Notes: generated by a model not told the origin, from the letters alone. A stretch of 64,000 nt of DNA from an uncultured Gemmatimonadaceae bacterium (GCA_963843845.1 CAWJMB010000002.1:1664001-1728000), one strand, 5' to 3'; shown: positions 1 through 10,715, counted from the stretch's first letter. Numbers and translations: made by a program.

Positions 1-484
1 GACCTGTTCTACCGCCTGAACGTCGTCCCCCTCCGCGTGCCGGCGCTTCGCGATCGCCGCGAGGACATCGCGCTGCTCGTGCGGCACTTCCTCACGCTGC
101 TCGCCCGCCAGGACGGTCTTCCCGCGCAAGGCGATCGACGATGCGGCGCTGCAGCGCCTCATGGAGCTGGAGTGGCCGGGGAACGTGCGCGAGCTGCGCA
201 ACACCGTCGAGCGGCTGCTCATTCTGTCCAACGGCGCGCGCATCACGCTGGCCGACGTCGAGCGGCTCGTCGGCCGCCGTGCCGTGGAAGGCGGCGGACT
301 CGGCTCGCTCACGGACATCGGCACGTTCGAGGAGTTCAAGCACGCCGCCGAGCGCGCGTTTCTGCTCGCGAAGCTGCGGCAGTTCGACTGGAACGTGTCG
401 GAGACGGCACGCGTGCTCGAGATGCCGCGCTCGAACGTCTACAAGAAGATCGAGCGATACGGCTTGAAGCGCGAAGACGGCTGA
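1..484 (+). CDS. Sigma-54-dependent (NtrC/NtrX-family) activator, C-terminal part; 5' end is outside the window, one indel near 125
   Basis: [23 protein letters not shown], then [10 protein letters not shown] in a second frame, then a Fis-type HTH ([20 protein letters not shown]). Confidence 0.9.
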
Positions 485-507
485 CGACGCTGACCCACAC
501 GCCACTC

Positions 508-1014
508 ATGTCCGACCGCGATTGGGAGAAGGAGCTCGCCGAGATCGACCGCCGCATCGCGAGCGAGCCCGCCGAGTCCGAGGGGGTGCCGGCTTCGCGC
601 ACCGTGGCCGTGTCCGGTCGCACGGACGCGGCGAAACCGAAGCCGCCGAGCGTCGCCGCGCGTGCCAACGCCCCGGTCACGACGACGCCAGCCGCGCCGC
701 GACACTGGAAGACGATCGTCGGGCTGACGATCCGCCTGTCGATCGCCGCGATGCTGCTCGCCGCCGTCGTCGTGTGGCCCTACGACACGCGATGCGGCTC
801 CTGGCTGTACGGCTACCTCGCGACGATCGGGCTGACCGCGGTCGCATCGATCTGGACCGCGGTCGCGGCCTGGCGGCACCGCGGCGCGCTGGTGCACCTG
901 CTGTCGTTGGCCATGCTCGCCACGGCGCTCGTGTATGCCGCGATCGAAGTGCTGCCGCGTGTCGGGTACGCGCTCCCCGACGCGGCGCACCCGACGATCT
1001 GGAGTTGCGGCTGA
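508..1014 (+). CDS. Hypothetical membrane protein (about 3 TM helices)
   Basis: ATG at 508 ([14 protein letters not shown]) within ORF 37..1014; three hydrophobic segments. Confidence 0.75.
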   Translation: MSDRDWEKELAEIDRRIASEPAESEGVPASRTVAVSGRTDAAKPKPPSVAARANAPVTTTPAAPRHWKTIVGLTIRLSIAAMLLAAVVVWPYDTRCGSWLYGYLATIGLTAVASIWTAVAAWRHRGALVHLLSLAMLATALVYAAIEVLPRVGYALPDAAHPTIWSCG

Positions 1015-1020
1015 CGGCGG

Positions 1021-2607
1021 TCAGCGCCGCGGTGTCGCCGGTCCGCCGCGCTTCGTCCACACGACGACCGCGCCGCATCCGGAGTTGCCGCTCATGAACT
1101 GCGGCGGGAGCCCGGCAGATCCGGAATACACCTCGACGCCGCCGACATCCTGCGGCTTGACGATGTTGTCGAGCTCGTCCGCACCCTGCGCGACGCGCAT
1201 GCCGTCGACGTAGACCTCGGGAACGCAGCCACCGCGCCCTCGCACGACGTTGCCGAACTGGCCGTTCGGCGTGACCGACATCCCCGGCGTCGTCCGCATG
1301 ACGTCGGACATCACGAACGCGCCGCGGTTGACGATGTCTTCCTCGGTGTAGAAGCGCCCGAACGAGCTCTTCTTCCGCTCCAGGAAGCCGTTGTAGTCGG
1401 CTGCGGCCTTCGAGCTCTTGCCGGTCACGGTGATGCCCTGCAGCGTCGCGACCTGCTTCTCGAGCACCACGTCGACGGCGTTCGCGCGGCGAGACGACAG
1501 ATCGACGGCGACGCGTCGCGGCTCGTAGCCGATCGCCCGTACCTCGAGATTGTACGTTCCCGATGGCAACCCGCTCAGCGCGAACGCGCCGTTGTCGGTC
1601 GTGCGTCCCGTCACGCCACTTCCCCAGACTTGCAGGCGCGCGCCGGGCAAGACGCGCCCGTCTCGTCCGCGCACCATTCCGGTCAACCGTGCGGACCCTC
1701 GGCTGACGGTCGTCGGATACGCGGGGCGCTTCTCGACCGCGGCCATCGTGTCCGGCACCTGCACGAGCACCGCGGTCGTCGAATCGCCGAGCAGGAAGTC
1801 GCGGCGCACGACGCCGCGCGGCATCACCGCCACGTCGATGATGCCACCAGCCCGTCCGGTGGCTTCCGCATTCGCTTCGACGCGTCCGCCGTCGGCCGGC
1901 AGGCCGCAGATCGTGTACACGCCGCCCGGTCGCACCTTCGCCGGGTAGCGGCGGTGCGCGTTCCGGATCCCCGTCTCGTCGGCCTGAATCTCGTTCCAGG
2001 TCACCACGACCTTCGCCTCGTTCAACCCGGCGCCACTCTCCGCGTCGCGCACGATGCCGATGAGCGCACCTGTAGTGTCGCCGTACGCCGTCGGTCCGCA
2101 GATCGCCGCGCGGGCCGTGCGCGCGCTCGGGGTGCCGAAATCGAGGCGGGCCGCGGTATCGGGACGGATCAGCAGGCGAAGGGTCGGCGCCTCCGCTCCG
2201 AGCACGTCGAGCACTTCGTGGTAGAGTCCCGCGAGGTAGCGCCCCGACCGCACGCCGGGAATGCGATAGCGCCCCGTCGAATCGGTCGTCGCGGTGAACG
2301 AGCGGCCGCGGTCCGTCTCGCTGACGAGCTGGATCGTGGCATTCACGAGCGGCGCTTGCGCGATGCTGTCGTACGCGAAGCCGAAGACGGCGAGGACCGC
2401 GCTCGTGTCGACCGCTGCGGGTACGGGAAGCGTGGACGCGCCACCCGGACCGACGGCAGGCTGGCGGGGCGGGACCGGCCTCGGCGCGCCGATGACGCCG
2501 GGCCGTGGAGCGGCCTGCGCGGCGAGACGTACCGGCGGTACGCCGGCGCCCGCGATCGTCGCACACGCGAAGGCGGCCGCGAGCAAGAGGCGGCGAGAGG
2601 TAGGCAT
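1021..2607 (-). CDS. Exported protein with carboxypeptidase-regulatory-like (transthyretin-fold) repeats and a C-terminal TonB-plug-like domain
   Basis: Signal peptide; repeats TTDSTGRYRIPGV and TTDNGAFALSGLPSGTY; plug-like SDVMRTTPGMSV..VYVDG..PQDVGGVEVY..GAVVVWTKRG; no beta-barrel follows. Confidence 0.75.
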   Translation of the reverse strand: MPTSRRLLLAAAFACATIAGAGVPPVRLAAQAAPRPGVIGAPRPVPPRQPAVGPGGASTLPVPAAVDTSAVLAVFGFAYDSIAQAPLVNATIQLVSETDRGRSFTATTDSTGRYRIPGVRSGRYLAGLYHEVLDVLGAEAPTLRLLIRPDTAARLDFGTPSARTARAAICGPTAYGDTTGALIGIVRDAESGAGLNEAKVVVTWNEIQADETGIRNAHRRYPAKVRPGGVYTICGLPADGGRVEANAEATGRAGGIIDVAVMPRGVVRRDFLLGDSTTAVLVQVPDTMAAVEKRPAYPTTVSRGSARLTGMVRGRDGRVLPGARLQVWGSGVTGRTTDNGAFALSGLPSGTYNLEVRAIGYEPRRVAVDLSSRRANAVDVVLEKQVATLQGITVTGKSSKAAADYNGFLERKKSSFGRFYTEEDIVNRGAFVMSDVMRTTPGMSVTPNGQFGNVVRGRGGCVPEVYVDGMRVAQGADELDNIVKPQDVGGVEVYSGSAGLPPQFMSGNSGCGAVVVWTKRGGPATPRR

Positions 2608-2750
2608 CAGAGAAAGGTACGAGCAATCCGGCGCCGGCCAATGTCCGTGAATCTCCGCGGCCGAGCACACTAGATTCACCGCACCGCGCGTCGGTGTTCC
2701 GCCCGGCGCAGAATCGCCGCCGCTCTCGCGCGCCCTTCCTGCCTGCGTCC

Positions 2751-4276
2751 ATGACCACGACGTTCCAGAACTTCATCGCCGGCGCGTGGGTCGCGCCCAC
2801 GACCGGCGATCTACTTCGAGAACCGCAATCCCGCCGACACGCGCGACCTGATCGGCCGCTTCCCGCTGTCCGGCGCCGCGGACGTCGACCGCGCGGTGAC
2901 GAGCGCGCGAAGCGCGGCTTCGCGCTCTGGCGCGACACGCCCGCCCCGGCTCGCGGCGACGTCCTCCGCCGCGTCGGCGACCTGCTCACGGCGCGGAAGG
3001 AGGAGACTCGCCGAGCCTCATGACGCGCGAGATGGGCAAGCCGCTTCACGGAGACGCGCGGCGACGTGCAGGAGGGGATCGACACCGCGTACTACGCGGC
3101 CACCGAAGGGCGCCGCCTGTTCGGCCACACGGTGCCGAGCGAGCTGCGAAACAAGTGGGCGATGAGCTTCCGCCGCCCGATCGGCGTCTGCGGCATCATC
3201 ACGCCGTTCAACTTCCCGCTCGCCATCCCGACGTGGAAGATGTTCCCCGCGCTGGTCTGCGGAAACGCCTGCGTCTTCAAGCCGAGCCGAGGACGTGCCG
3301 CACACCGGGCACGTGCTCGTCGAGATCCTGCTCGAGGCCGGGCTTCCGCCGGAGGTGATCCAGCTCGTGCACGGCGACGTGGCGGAAGCGTCGGAGCGCC
3401 GATCGTCGAGCACCCGCGACGTCCCCGTCATCTCGTTCACCGGCTCGACCGAGACCGGCAGCATCGTCGGCGAGACCTGCGGCCGCATGCACAAGCGGCT
3501 GTCGCTCGAGATGGGCGGCAAGAACGCGCAGATCGTGCTGGACGACGCCGACCTCGACCTCGCGCTCGACGGCGTGCTCTGGGGCGCGTTCGGCACCACC
3601 GGCCAGCGCTGCACGGCGACCAGCCGGCTGATCCTCCAGCGCGGCATCCACGACCGGTTCCTCGGCGTGCTCGTCGACCGGGCGCGAGGCATGAAGCTCG
3701 GGCGACGGGCGCGAAGACGGGCACCGACGTGGGCCCGCTCATCCACGAGCGCGTCGCGCGAGAAGGTGGAGCGGTACATCGACATCGGCGCAGGCGACGG
3801 GGCCGACCTCGTGTGCGGCGGCCGGCGCCCGAGCGGCAGACGCTACGCGCGAGCGGCTACTTCTTCGAGCCGACGATCTTCGCGCGGCGTGGAGCGCGGG
3901 GATGCGCGTCTGAGCAGGAGGAGATCTTCGGCCCGGTGCTCTCGCGTCATCCGCGTGGACTCGACGCCGACGAGGCGTTCGCGCGTCAACAACGACGTGA
4001 AGTACGGGCTCTCGTCGTCGCTGTACACGCGCGACGTGAACCTCGCGTTCCGCGCGCTTCAACGAGCTCGACAACGGCATCACGTACATCAACGCCCCGA
4101 CGATCGGCGCCGAGGCGCACCTTCCGTTCGGCGGGGTGAAGCAGACCGGCAACGGTCACCGCGAAGGCGGCTGGGAGGTGTACGAGTTCTACTCCGAGAC
4201 GAAGGTCGGCTACGTCGACTTCTCGGGGGCGCTGCAGCGCGCGCAGATCGACAACTATCTCGGCACGCCGGACTGA
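2751..4276 (+). CDS. NAD(P)-dependent aldehyde dehydrogenase (multiple apparent sequencing frameshifts)
   Basis: Across frames: [58 protein letters not shown]. Confidence 0.9.
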
Positions 4277-4371
4277 CGCGTCGCTCGGCTTGCGCCCTGA
4301 CAGGCCGCGATTTGATCTCACACGCCTCGGCGAGTACTCCTGCCTCACTTGCCGGCTCCGACACGTTGTAC

Positions 4372-5205
4372 ATGGACTCGAGCACCGGTCCGCCCGCGCC
4401 GCCCTCCCTCCCGGCTGACCGCGGTACGCGACCGACATCGCCGAGCGCGCTCGAGGCGCTGCAGCACGTCAACAGCAGTTCGCGCCTGCGCTTCGGCTTG
4501 CTCTGGGAGTGGGCGAAGATCGTCACTGATCGCGTTCTGCCTCTTCCTCGTATGCGCGCCTTCTTCGTCGAGGCGTTCAAGATTCCGAGCGGCAGCATGG
4601 AGCGGCACGCTGCTCGTCGGCGACTTTCTGCTCGTCAACAAGCTCGTCTACGGCGCGGAGGTGCCGATCACGCACCGCCGTCTGCCGCGCCTCCGCACGC
4701 CGCAGCGCGGCGACGTGATCGTCTTTCAGTGGCCGAAGGACCGCACGAAGAACTTCGTGAAGCGCCTCGTCGGGCTGCCTGGCGACACGCTCGCGATGCG
4801 CGAAGGGTCGCTGTTCGTGAACGGCCGGTCGCGTCGCGCGAGCCCTATGTCCGCACACCGAGCCCGGCATCGACCCGTCGTTGAGGAGTTCCGGTGGCAG
4901 CGCGACTACGTCGTTCGCTCCGCCGTCGCCGCGCCGCCGCCGCTCGGCTGGGCTGGCCGCGACCCGGACGCCACCCGTCGCGAAACAACTGGGGTCCGTT
5001 GGTCGTCCCTACGGGCAGCTACTTCGTGCTTGGCGACAACCGGGACAACTCGCTCGACAGCCGGTACTGGGGCTTCGTCCCCGACTCATTGCTGCGCGGC
5101 CGCCCGATGCTTGTCTATTACAGCTACGCGCCCGACAGCACCGACCTTTGCCTGGGTTCGACGCGCGTTCGCTGGACGCGGCTCGGCGAACGGATCACTA
5201 GCTGA
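4372..5205 (+). CDS. lepB: Signal peptidase I (frameshifted in the assembly)
   Basis: FKIPSGSME (catalytic Ser), FVKRLVGLPGD (catalytic Lys), YFVLGDNRDNSLDSRYWGFVP. Confidence 0.9.
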
Positions 5206-5272
5206 CTCCGCCGTGCCGGTCGCTCTCGGCTGCAGCGACACTCGCGTCAGGTCGATGCGCCGGAACCGCCGT

Positions 5273-6132
5273 ATGGCCATCTCCGAACAGCAAGAAGCGT
5301 CGTACGAAGAGGGCTCGCTCGATCAGTACCTGCGGGACATCAGCGTCTACCCGCTGATCACGCGCGAAGAGGAAGTCATCGCTCGCGCAGCAGGATCCGC
5401 ACGGGCGACCAGGAGGCGCTCGACAAGCTGGTGCGGTCGAACCTGCGCTTCGTCGTGTCGGTCGCGAAGAAGTATCAGAACCAGGGCGTGTCGCTCTCCG
5501 ACCTGATCAACGAGGGCAACCTCGGCCTGATCCGCGCCGCGCACAAGTTCGACGAGACGAAGGGGATCAAGTTCATCTCCTACGCCGTCTGGTGGATCCG
5601 TCAGGCGATCCTCCAGGCGCTCGCCGAGCAGTCGCGGATCGTGCGGGTGCCACTGAACCGCGCCGGGACGCTGCACCGCATCGGCAAGCGCGCGAGCTCG
5701 CTGCTCCAGGAACTCGGCCGCGAGGCGACGCACGCCGAGATCGCCGAGGGGATGGACATCACGGAGGACGAAGTCGCGAAGACGATGTCGATCTCGCAGG
5801 CGCATCTGTCGCTCGACGCGCCGATGACGCCCGGCGAGGACAACCGGCTCCTCGACTATCTCGCCGACACGTCGAACCCGACGCCCGACGAGCAGACGTT
5901 CGAGAAGGCGCTGACGGAGGCGATCGAGGAGTCGCTGTCGGGGCTCAAGGAGCGCGAGTCGAAGATCCTGCGGCTGTACTTCGGCCTGGACGGCGAGGAG
6001 CCGATGACGCTCGAGCAGATCGGGGCGCTGCTCGGCATCACACGCGAGCGGGTGCGGCAGATCAAGGAGAAGGCGCTGTCGCGGCTGCGCCACGTCTCTC
6101 GCGCGCGCGCGCTGGAATCCTTCCTCGGCTAG
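5273..6132 (+). CDS. RNA polymerase sigma-70 factor, short RpoD/SigA-like form without region 1.1 (indel near 5385)
   Basis: SLDQYLRDIS, NLRFVVSVAKKY, DLINEGNLGLIRAA, FISYAVWWIRQAI, TRERVRQI. Confidence 0.92.
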
Positions 6133-6260
6133 CACGTCGCGCACGGCGTTTGCGCGCGTCCGTCGTGGCGTGTCGCAACCGCGTTGCGGCGCTCCGAGGC
6201 TGGTCGTCGGAGCCACCGAAGGCCGTTCGCCGCGCAGGGACTGCCGTCGCTGGCATCGTC

Positions 6261-6288
6261 TTGACACAAGCACGGGGCGGGCTAGTTT
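6261..6288 (+). promoter_or_regulatory. Putative sigma-70 promoter of the large surface lipoprotein gene
   Basis: TTGACA (6261-6266), 16 nt spacer, TAGTTT (6283-6288). Confidence 0.6.
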
Positions 6289-6294
6289 GCGGCG

Positions 6295-6511
6295 ATCGTG
6301 CTACACCCCCGTATGGGGGCGTAGTGTGTTCGTCCCTATCTGGAGGTGTCCTGCCCCGAGAGTCTTGTGCGAGCACGTAGTTCGGTACGTCGGCACGGTT
6401 CGGACGCAGTACCCGAATGATGCGCAGCACCTGTTGGACCGCGCTCGTGGGAGCGCAATTCCCGGCAGATCCTGGATCTGCCACACCCGGCAACAACAGA
6501 GGACCTAACGA
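6295..6511 (+). promoter_or_regulatory. Long structured 5' UTR
   Basis: Hairpins at 6300-6325, 6441-6456 and 6464-6482; RBS AGAGGA at 6498-6503. Confidence 0.5.
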
Positions 6512-9500
6512 ATGAGACTCGTCAATTGGCGCGTACTCGTCCTGGGCGCAGCGGGGCTTGGCCTCGCCGCGTGCGGCGACGACGTCGTGATCGGTGACAC
6601 GCCAATCAGCTTCACGACCAACCCTTCGTCGATCAGCTGCACAGCTGGTCAGTCGACGGCGGTTGGCGTGACGGTGAGCGGTGGCAGCGGTACCCCGACG
6701 GTGGCCTTCTCGGCCGGCAACGGCAACGCGACGGTCACGGGCAGCGGCACGAGCGCGACCGTGCTCTGCACGACGGCCGGCGCGTCGGCCGTCAATTTCA
6801 CGATCACGAGCGGCGGCCAGACGGTCACCGGCTCGATCCCGGTCACGATCACGGGTGTTGCGAGCCCGGTGCAGGCCGTGACGATCAACCCGACGAGCGC
6901 GGTGGTCGCGCCGGGCGGGTCGGTGCAGTTCACGGCGTCGGTGTCGCTCGCGAACGGCGCCCCGGCGAACACGTCGACGGCGGTCACCTTCTCGGTGGCT
7001 GATCAGACGGTCGCGACGGTTGACGCGACGGGCCGTGTGACGGCGCTCGCGACGGCCGCGGGCCGCTCGACGGTCGTCCGCGCCACGTCGGTCGCGAACA
7101 CGAACCTCGTTGCCAGCGCCACGCTGCAGGTCGGCACGGCGGCGTCGCTCGTGCAGTCGCTGTCGGTGTCGCCGGGCACGACGACGCTGATTCCTGGGCA
7201 GACGCAGCAGATCACGTCGAACGTCACGCTGGCGGCTGGTGCGCCGACCGGGACGTCGACGGGCGTCACGTACGTCTCGAGCGACACCTCGATCGCGCGC
7301 GTCAGCTCGACGGGCGTCATCACGGGTGGTAGCCGCGCCGGCACGGCGACGATCACGATCGCGTCGGTCGCCGCTCCGACGGTGACGCAGACGGTTGCGG
7401 TCACGGTCAGCCAGCAGGCGCCGGTCGTCCTGACGATCCAGTCGCTCACGACGACGACGGCCGCCGGTCAGACGATCAACGTCGACCAGGCGAACGTGAA
7501 CGGCCCGATCTTCCTCACGCTCAACCTCGATCCGGGTTCGTTCCGTCCGGACTCGATCGTTGCGACGCTCGGCAACCAGCGCATCGTCTGCCAGCGCTTC
7601 TCGGCGCAGCTCGCCGAGGCGTACCGTGCGGCGGCGCAGGGCGCGTCGGCCGACGTGCAGCCGGTCGTCTGCCAGCTCAACACGGCGGCGTTCGACACGA
7701 CGACGGGTGTGGCGCAGATCATCAACGGCCAGCAGCAGCTCAACGCGACGGCCTACTACCGCCCGGTCGGCGGTGGCTCGTCGACGACGCAGTCGGCGCA
7801 GATCGGCGTCAACCTGACGCTGAACAACCAGTCGGGCTTCTTCGTCAACGTGACGAACACGCCGTCGGCGGCGCAGACGGCGAACGGCGGCCCGGCGAAC
7901 GGTCAGACGACCGGTCCGCAGGGTGTCCTGTGGCGCGCGGGTGATATCCGCGTGCAGGTCGTTCCGGTGTTCTTCACGACGCCGGGCGGCACGCCGACGG
8001 GCACGCAGACGCTGACGGTCGCGCTTGCCGACCAGAACAACCCGGGCGGGTTCGCGACGCAGACGGTGAGCTTCAACGCTGGCTCGTCGGCGACCGCGAC
8101 GTTCACGGGCACGACGGCGGCGTACACGCCGAACCCGGCGAACAACACGGTGACGGGCTATTCGTCGCCGAACGCGGGTGGCGTGAACACGGGCGGCGCA
8201 CCGGTGCCGGCAGGAGCGGCGCAGGGCACGCAGATCATCGTCAACGGCAACGTCAACACGACGTTCCTGTCGTCGGCGGGTCGCATCTCGAACGGTTCGA
8301 CGATCTACATCGACAACGCGGCGCCGGAGAACCGGAACCAGTTCGTCTCGTCGAACTTCCTCCAGGCCGCGGGCCCGACGGGCTTCATCAACGGCTCGTT
8401 CGTCTTCGCGGACTCGGTCCAGCAGGCCGCGCTCGGCACGGCGCTCGGCGACAACAACGGCGTCGATCGTGTCGCGCGCTCGTTCTTCTTCGCGACGAAC
8501 CCGCTCATCACGGGCGGCGCGGCGCTGACGCCGGGCCAGATCGTCGCGAACGGCACGTCGGTCGCGAACAGCGGGAGCATCACGCAGAACCCGACCATCG
8601 GCAGCTACGTCGCTGCGGCGCGTCTCGTCGACGCACTCGGTAACGCGGTCGCGACGAACGTCACGGCGCTCGCCGGCCTCGGCAACGCGCAGTTCCAGTT
8701 CGGCGTGATCACGGCGACGCCGGTCCTGACGTTCCTCGGGACGACGAACATCGCGTCGAGCCAGCAGATCGGTCTCGCGCAGGGTGCCGGCGCTCGGGTG
8801 CTCACGTTCCAGGCGACGAGCACGGCAGCCGCGAACACCACGAACCCGCCGTTCCCGTCGCGGTTCGTCGTGGGCACGCTGCAGGTCGTCACGCCGGCCG
8901 GTACGTTCTGCGCCACGCCGTCCGACACCGCCGTGACCGCCGCTGGCGGCGCCGCGACGGTGACCGGGGCCACGCAGACGAACACGAACCCGCCGTGCCC
9001 GCAGCTCGCGTTCAACACGATCTCGATCGATCCGCAGACGGCTCGCGCCGGCATCTACACGTTCTCGGGCCAGGCGCGTGATGTCGCCGGCAACCTGAGC
9101 GCGGTAGTGACCCGGTCGTTCGTCATCGACCGCGTCGCGCCGATCACGGTCAACGCGATCGTCGCCACGCCGCCGCTCTCGGGTGGCGCGAGCGAGACGT
9201 TCCAGGCGACCACGACCGACAACCTCGGGCTGGTGACGCAGGTTGGGCTCGTCGGCTACCAGACGCCGACCGAGATCGTGCTGCGCTACAACGGCACGGC
9301 CATCGGCACGGCGCTCGCCACTCCGTTCACCTCGAGCGCGACGCTCTCGGTCACGGTCCCGACGTTCATCCGCGGCATCGCGCTGCAGTCGCAGACGGCC
9401 CCGAACCAGTTCGTCGCGGTCAACAGCAACACGTTCTCGACGGTCGGCGCGGTCGCGATCGGTGCGACCGACAACGGCGGCAACTACGGCTACGGCACGA

Positions 9501-10039
9501 TCTCGGCGGCGGCGGTTCAGTCGACGCTCGATCAGACCCAGACGCCGCCGACGTTCTTCGGCGCGCCGAACGGCCCGAACAGCGTGTCGCTCACGTTCCA
9601 GGCGAACACGGCGGGTAGCGCGACGACCGCCGGCTTCACGCCGACGCTCAACAGCGCGACCGCTGGTGCGCCGTCGTCGCTGACCATCAACCTGGTTCAG
9701 AACGGCACCGCGAACACCGCGTTCAACAACCAGTTCACCCGTGTCGAGCTCTATCAGCGCGGCACGACGCCTGGCCAGAACGCGACGTTCAACTTCAACC
9801 CGTTCGTCTCGACGACGGCGTACACGCTCATCGGTCAGTTCGGCGCTTCGGCGACGAGCATCTCGACGACGACGTCGACGATCTCGAACTCGTTCACGGT
9901 GACGCCGGGTTCCGGCGGCATCACGGGCTTCCCGAGCTCGGCTGGCACGTCGAACCTCGACCTGCTCGTGGTCGCGTCGAACGCGCAGGGCTACTCGATC
10001 GCCTTCATCATCCCGACGATCACGCTGACCAACCCGTAA
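6512..10039 (+). CDS. Large surface lipoprotein with Ig-like (Big_2-like) domains; S-layer/adhesin candidate
   Basis: Lipobox LAAC; Ig-like repeats (VTFSVADQTVATVDATGRVTA; VTYVSSDTSIARVSSTGVITG); rich in T/A/G/S/N/V; 1175 aa. Confidence 0.85.
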   Translation: MRLVNWRVLVLGAAGLGLAACGDDVVIGDTPISFTTNPSSISCTAGQSTAVGVTVSGGSGTPTVAFSAGNGNATVTGSGTSATVLCTTAGASAVNFTITSGGQTVTGSIPVTITGVASPVQAVTINPTSAVVAPGGSVQFTASVSLANGAPANTSTAVTFSVADQTVATVDATGRVTALATAAGRSTVVRATSVANTNLVASATLQVGTAASLVQSLSVSPGTTTLIPGQTQQITSNVTLAAGAPTGTSTGVTYVSSDTSIARVSSTGVITGGSRAGTATITIASVAAPTVTQTVAVTVSQQAPVVLTIQSLTTTTAAGQTINVDQANVNGPIFLTLNLDPGSFRPDSIVATLGNQRIVCQRFSAQLAEAYRAAAQGASADVQPVVCQLNTAAFDTTTGVAQIINGQQQLNATAYYRPVGGGSSTTQSAQIGVNLTLNNQSGFFVNVTNTPSAAQTANGGPANGQTTGPQGVLWRAGDIRVQVVPVFFTTPGGTPTGTQTLTVALADQNNPGGFATQTVSFNAGSSATATFTGTTAAYTPNPANNTVTGYSSPNAGGVNTGGAPVPAGAAQGTQIIVNGNVNTTFLSSAGRISNGSTIYIDNAAPENRNQFVSSNFLQAAGPTGFINGSFVFADSVQQAALGTALGDNNGVDRVARSFFFATNPLITGGAALTPGQIVANGTSVANSGSITQNPTIGSYVAAARLVDALGNAVATNVTALAGLGNAQFQFGVITATPVLTFLGTTNIASSQQIGLAQGAGARVLTFQATSTAAANTTNPPFPSRFVVGTLQVVTPAGTFCATPSDTAVTAAGGAATVTGATQTNTNPPCPQLAFNTISIDPQTARAGIYTFSGQARDVAGNLSAVVTRSFVIDRVAPITVNAIVATPPLSGGASETFQATTTDNLGLVTQVGLVGYQTPTEIVLRYNGTAIGTALATPFTSSATLSVTVPTFIRGIALQSQTAPNQFVAVNSNTFSTVGAVAIGATDNGGNYGYGTISAAAVQSTLDQTQTPPTFFGAPNGPNSVSLTFQANTAGSATTAGFTPTLNSATAGAPSSLTINLVQNGTANTAFNNQFTRVELYQRGTTPGQNATFNFNPFVSTTAYTLIGQFGASATSISTTTSTISNSFTVTPGSGGITGFPSSAGTSNLDLLVVASNAQGYSIAFIIPTITLTNP

Positions 10040-10071
10040 GGGTCGGCTAGCTGGAAACCGTCTGGTGCACT

Positions 10072-10098
10072 GGGCCCCGCCGCAAGGCGGGGCCCTTT
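10072..10098 (+). terminator. Rho-independent terminator
   Basis: GGGCCCCGCC-GCAA-GGCGGGGCCC-TTT. Confidence 0.8.
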
Positions 10099-10214
10099 GC
10101 ATTCGACCCCGATCGATCCGGGCTGCGATGTGGCCACGGCAGGGTTCCTCGAGGAATGCAGCCGGGGTTAGTTTCGCGAGGAACTTCGAGCCTGCCGCAT
10201 CTGACCCATCGCAT

Positions 10215-10715
10215 ATGCCCAAGGACGCCTCCTTCGACATCACGACCGGCGTCGACTTGCAGGAAGTCGACAATGCGGTCAATCAGGCGCAAAAGGAGAT
10301 TGCCCAGCGGTACGACTTCAAAGGCACCAAGGCGTCGATCGAGCTTCGCCGCGATGAGGGGAAGATTCTGCTCGTGGCGGACAGCGACTTCCTGATGGAC
10401 GCGCTGCTCGACGTCGTGCGTGCCAAACTCATCCGCCGCGGCGTGCCGACGAAGAACCTCGACATCGGCAAGAGTGTTGCAGCGGGCGGAGACACCGTGC
10501 GCCGGGAGATCGTGCTGAAAATGGCGCTCGATTCGGACACGGCCCGTCACGTCGTCGCGGATCTCAAGGCAGCCAAGCTCCGGAAGGTGCAGGCCGCCAT
10601 CCAGGGTGAGCAGGTTCGCGTCAGTGCGCCGTCGCGTGACGACCTCCAGGCCGCGATCGCGATCCTGCGCGACGGCGAGTACGGTGTCGAGTTGCAGTTC
10701 GGCAACTACCGGTAA
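10215..10715 (+). CDS. yajQ: YajQ family nucleotide / c-di-GMP-binding protein
   Basis: SFDI..VDLQEVDNAVNQAQKEIAQRYDFKG, KVQAAIQGEQVRVS, LQFGNYR. Confidence 0.93.
   Translation: MPKDASFDITTGVDLQEVDNAVNQAQKEIAQRYDFKGTKASIELRRDEGKILLVADSDFLMDALLDVVRAKLIRRGVPTKNLDIGKSVAAGGDTVRREIVLKMALDSDTARHVVADLKAAKLRKVQAAIQGEQVRVSAPSRDDLQAAIAILRDGEYGVELQFGNYR

Noticed and set aside
6295..6511. Known riboswitch (for example c-di-GMP, given nearby yajQ)
   Set aside because: I could not recognise any aptamer consensus; kept only as an unassigned structured leader
6062..10282. 1406-aa antisense ORF (and many other long Arg/Ala-rich shadow ORFs)
   Set aside because: By-product of high GC and sense-strand avoidance of TTA/CTA/TCA codons; the translations have no protein-like motifs
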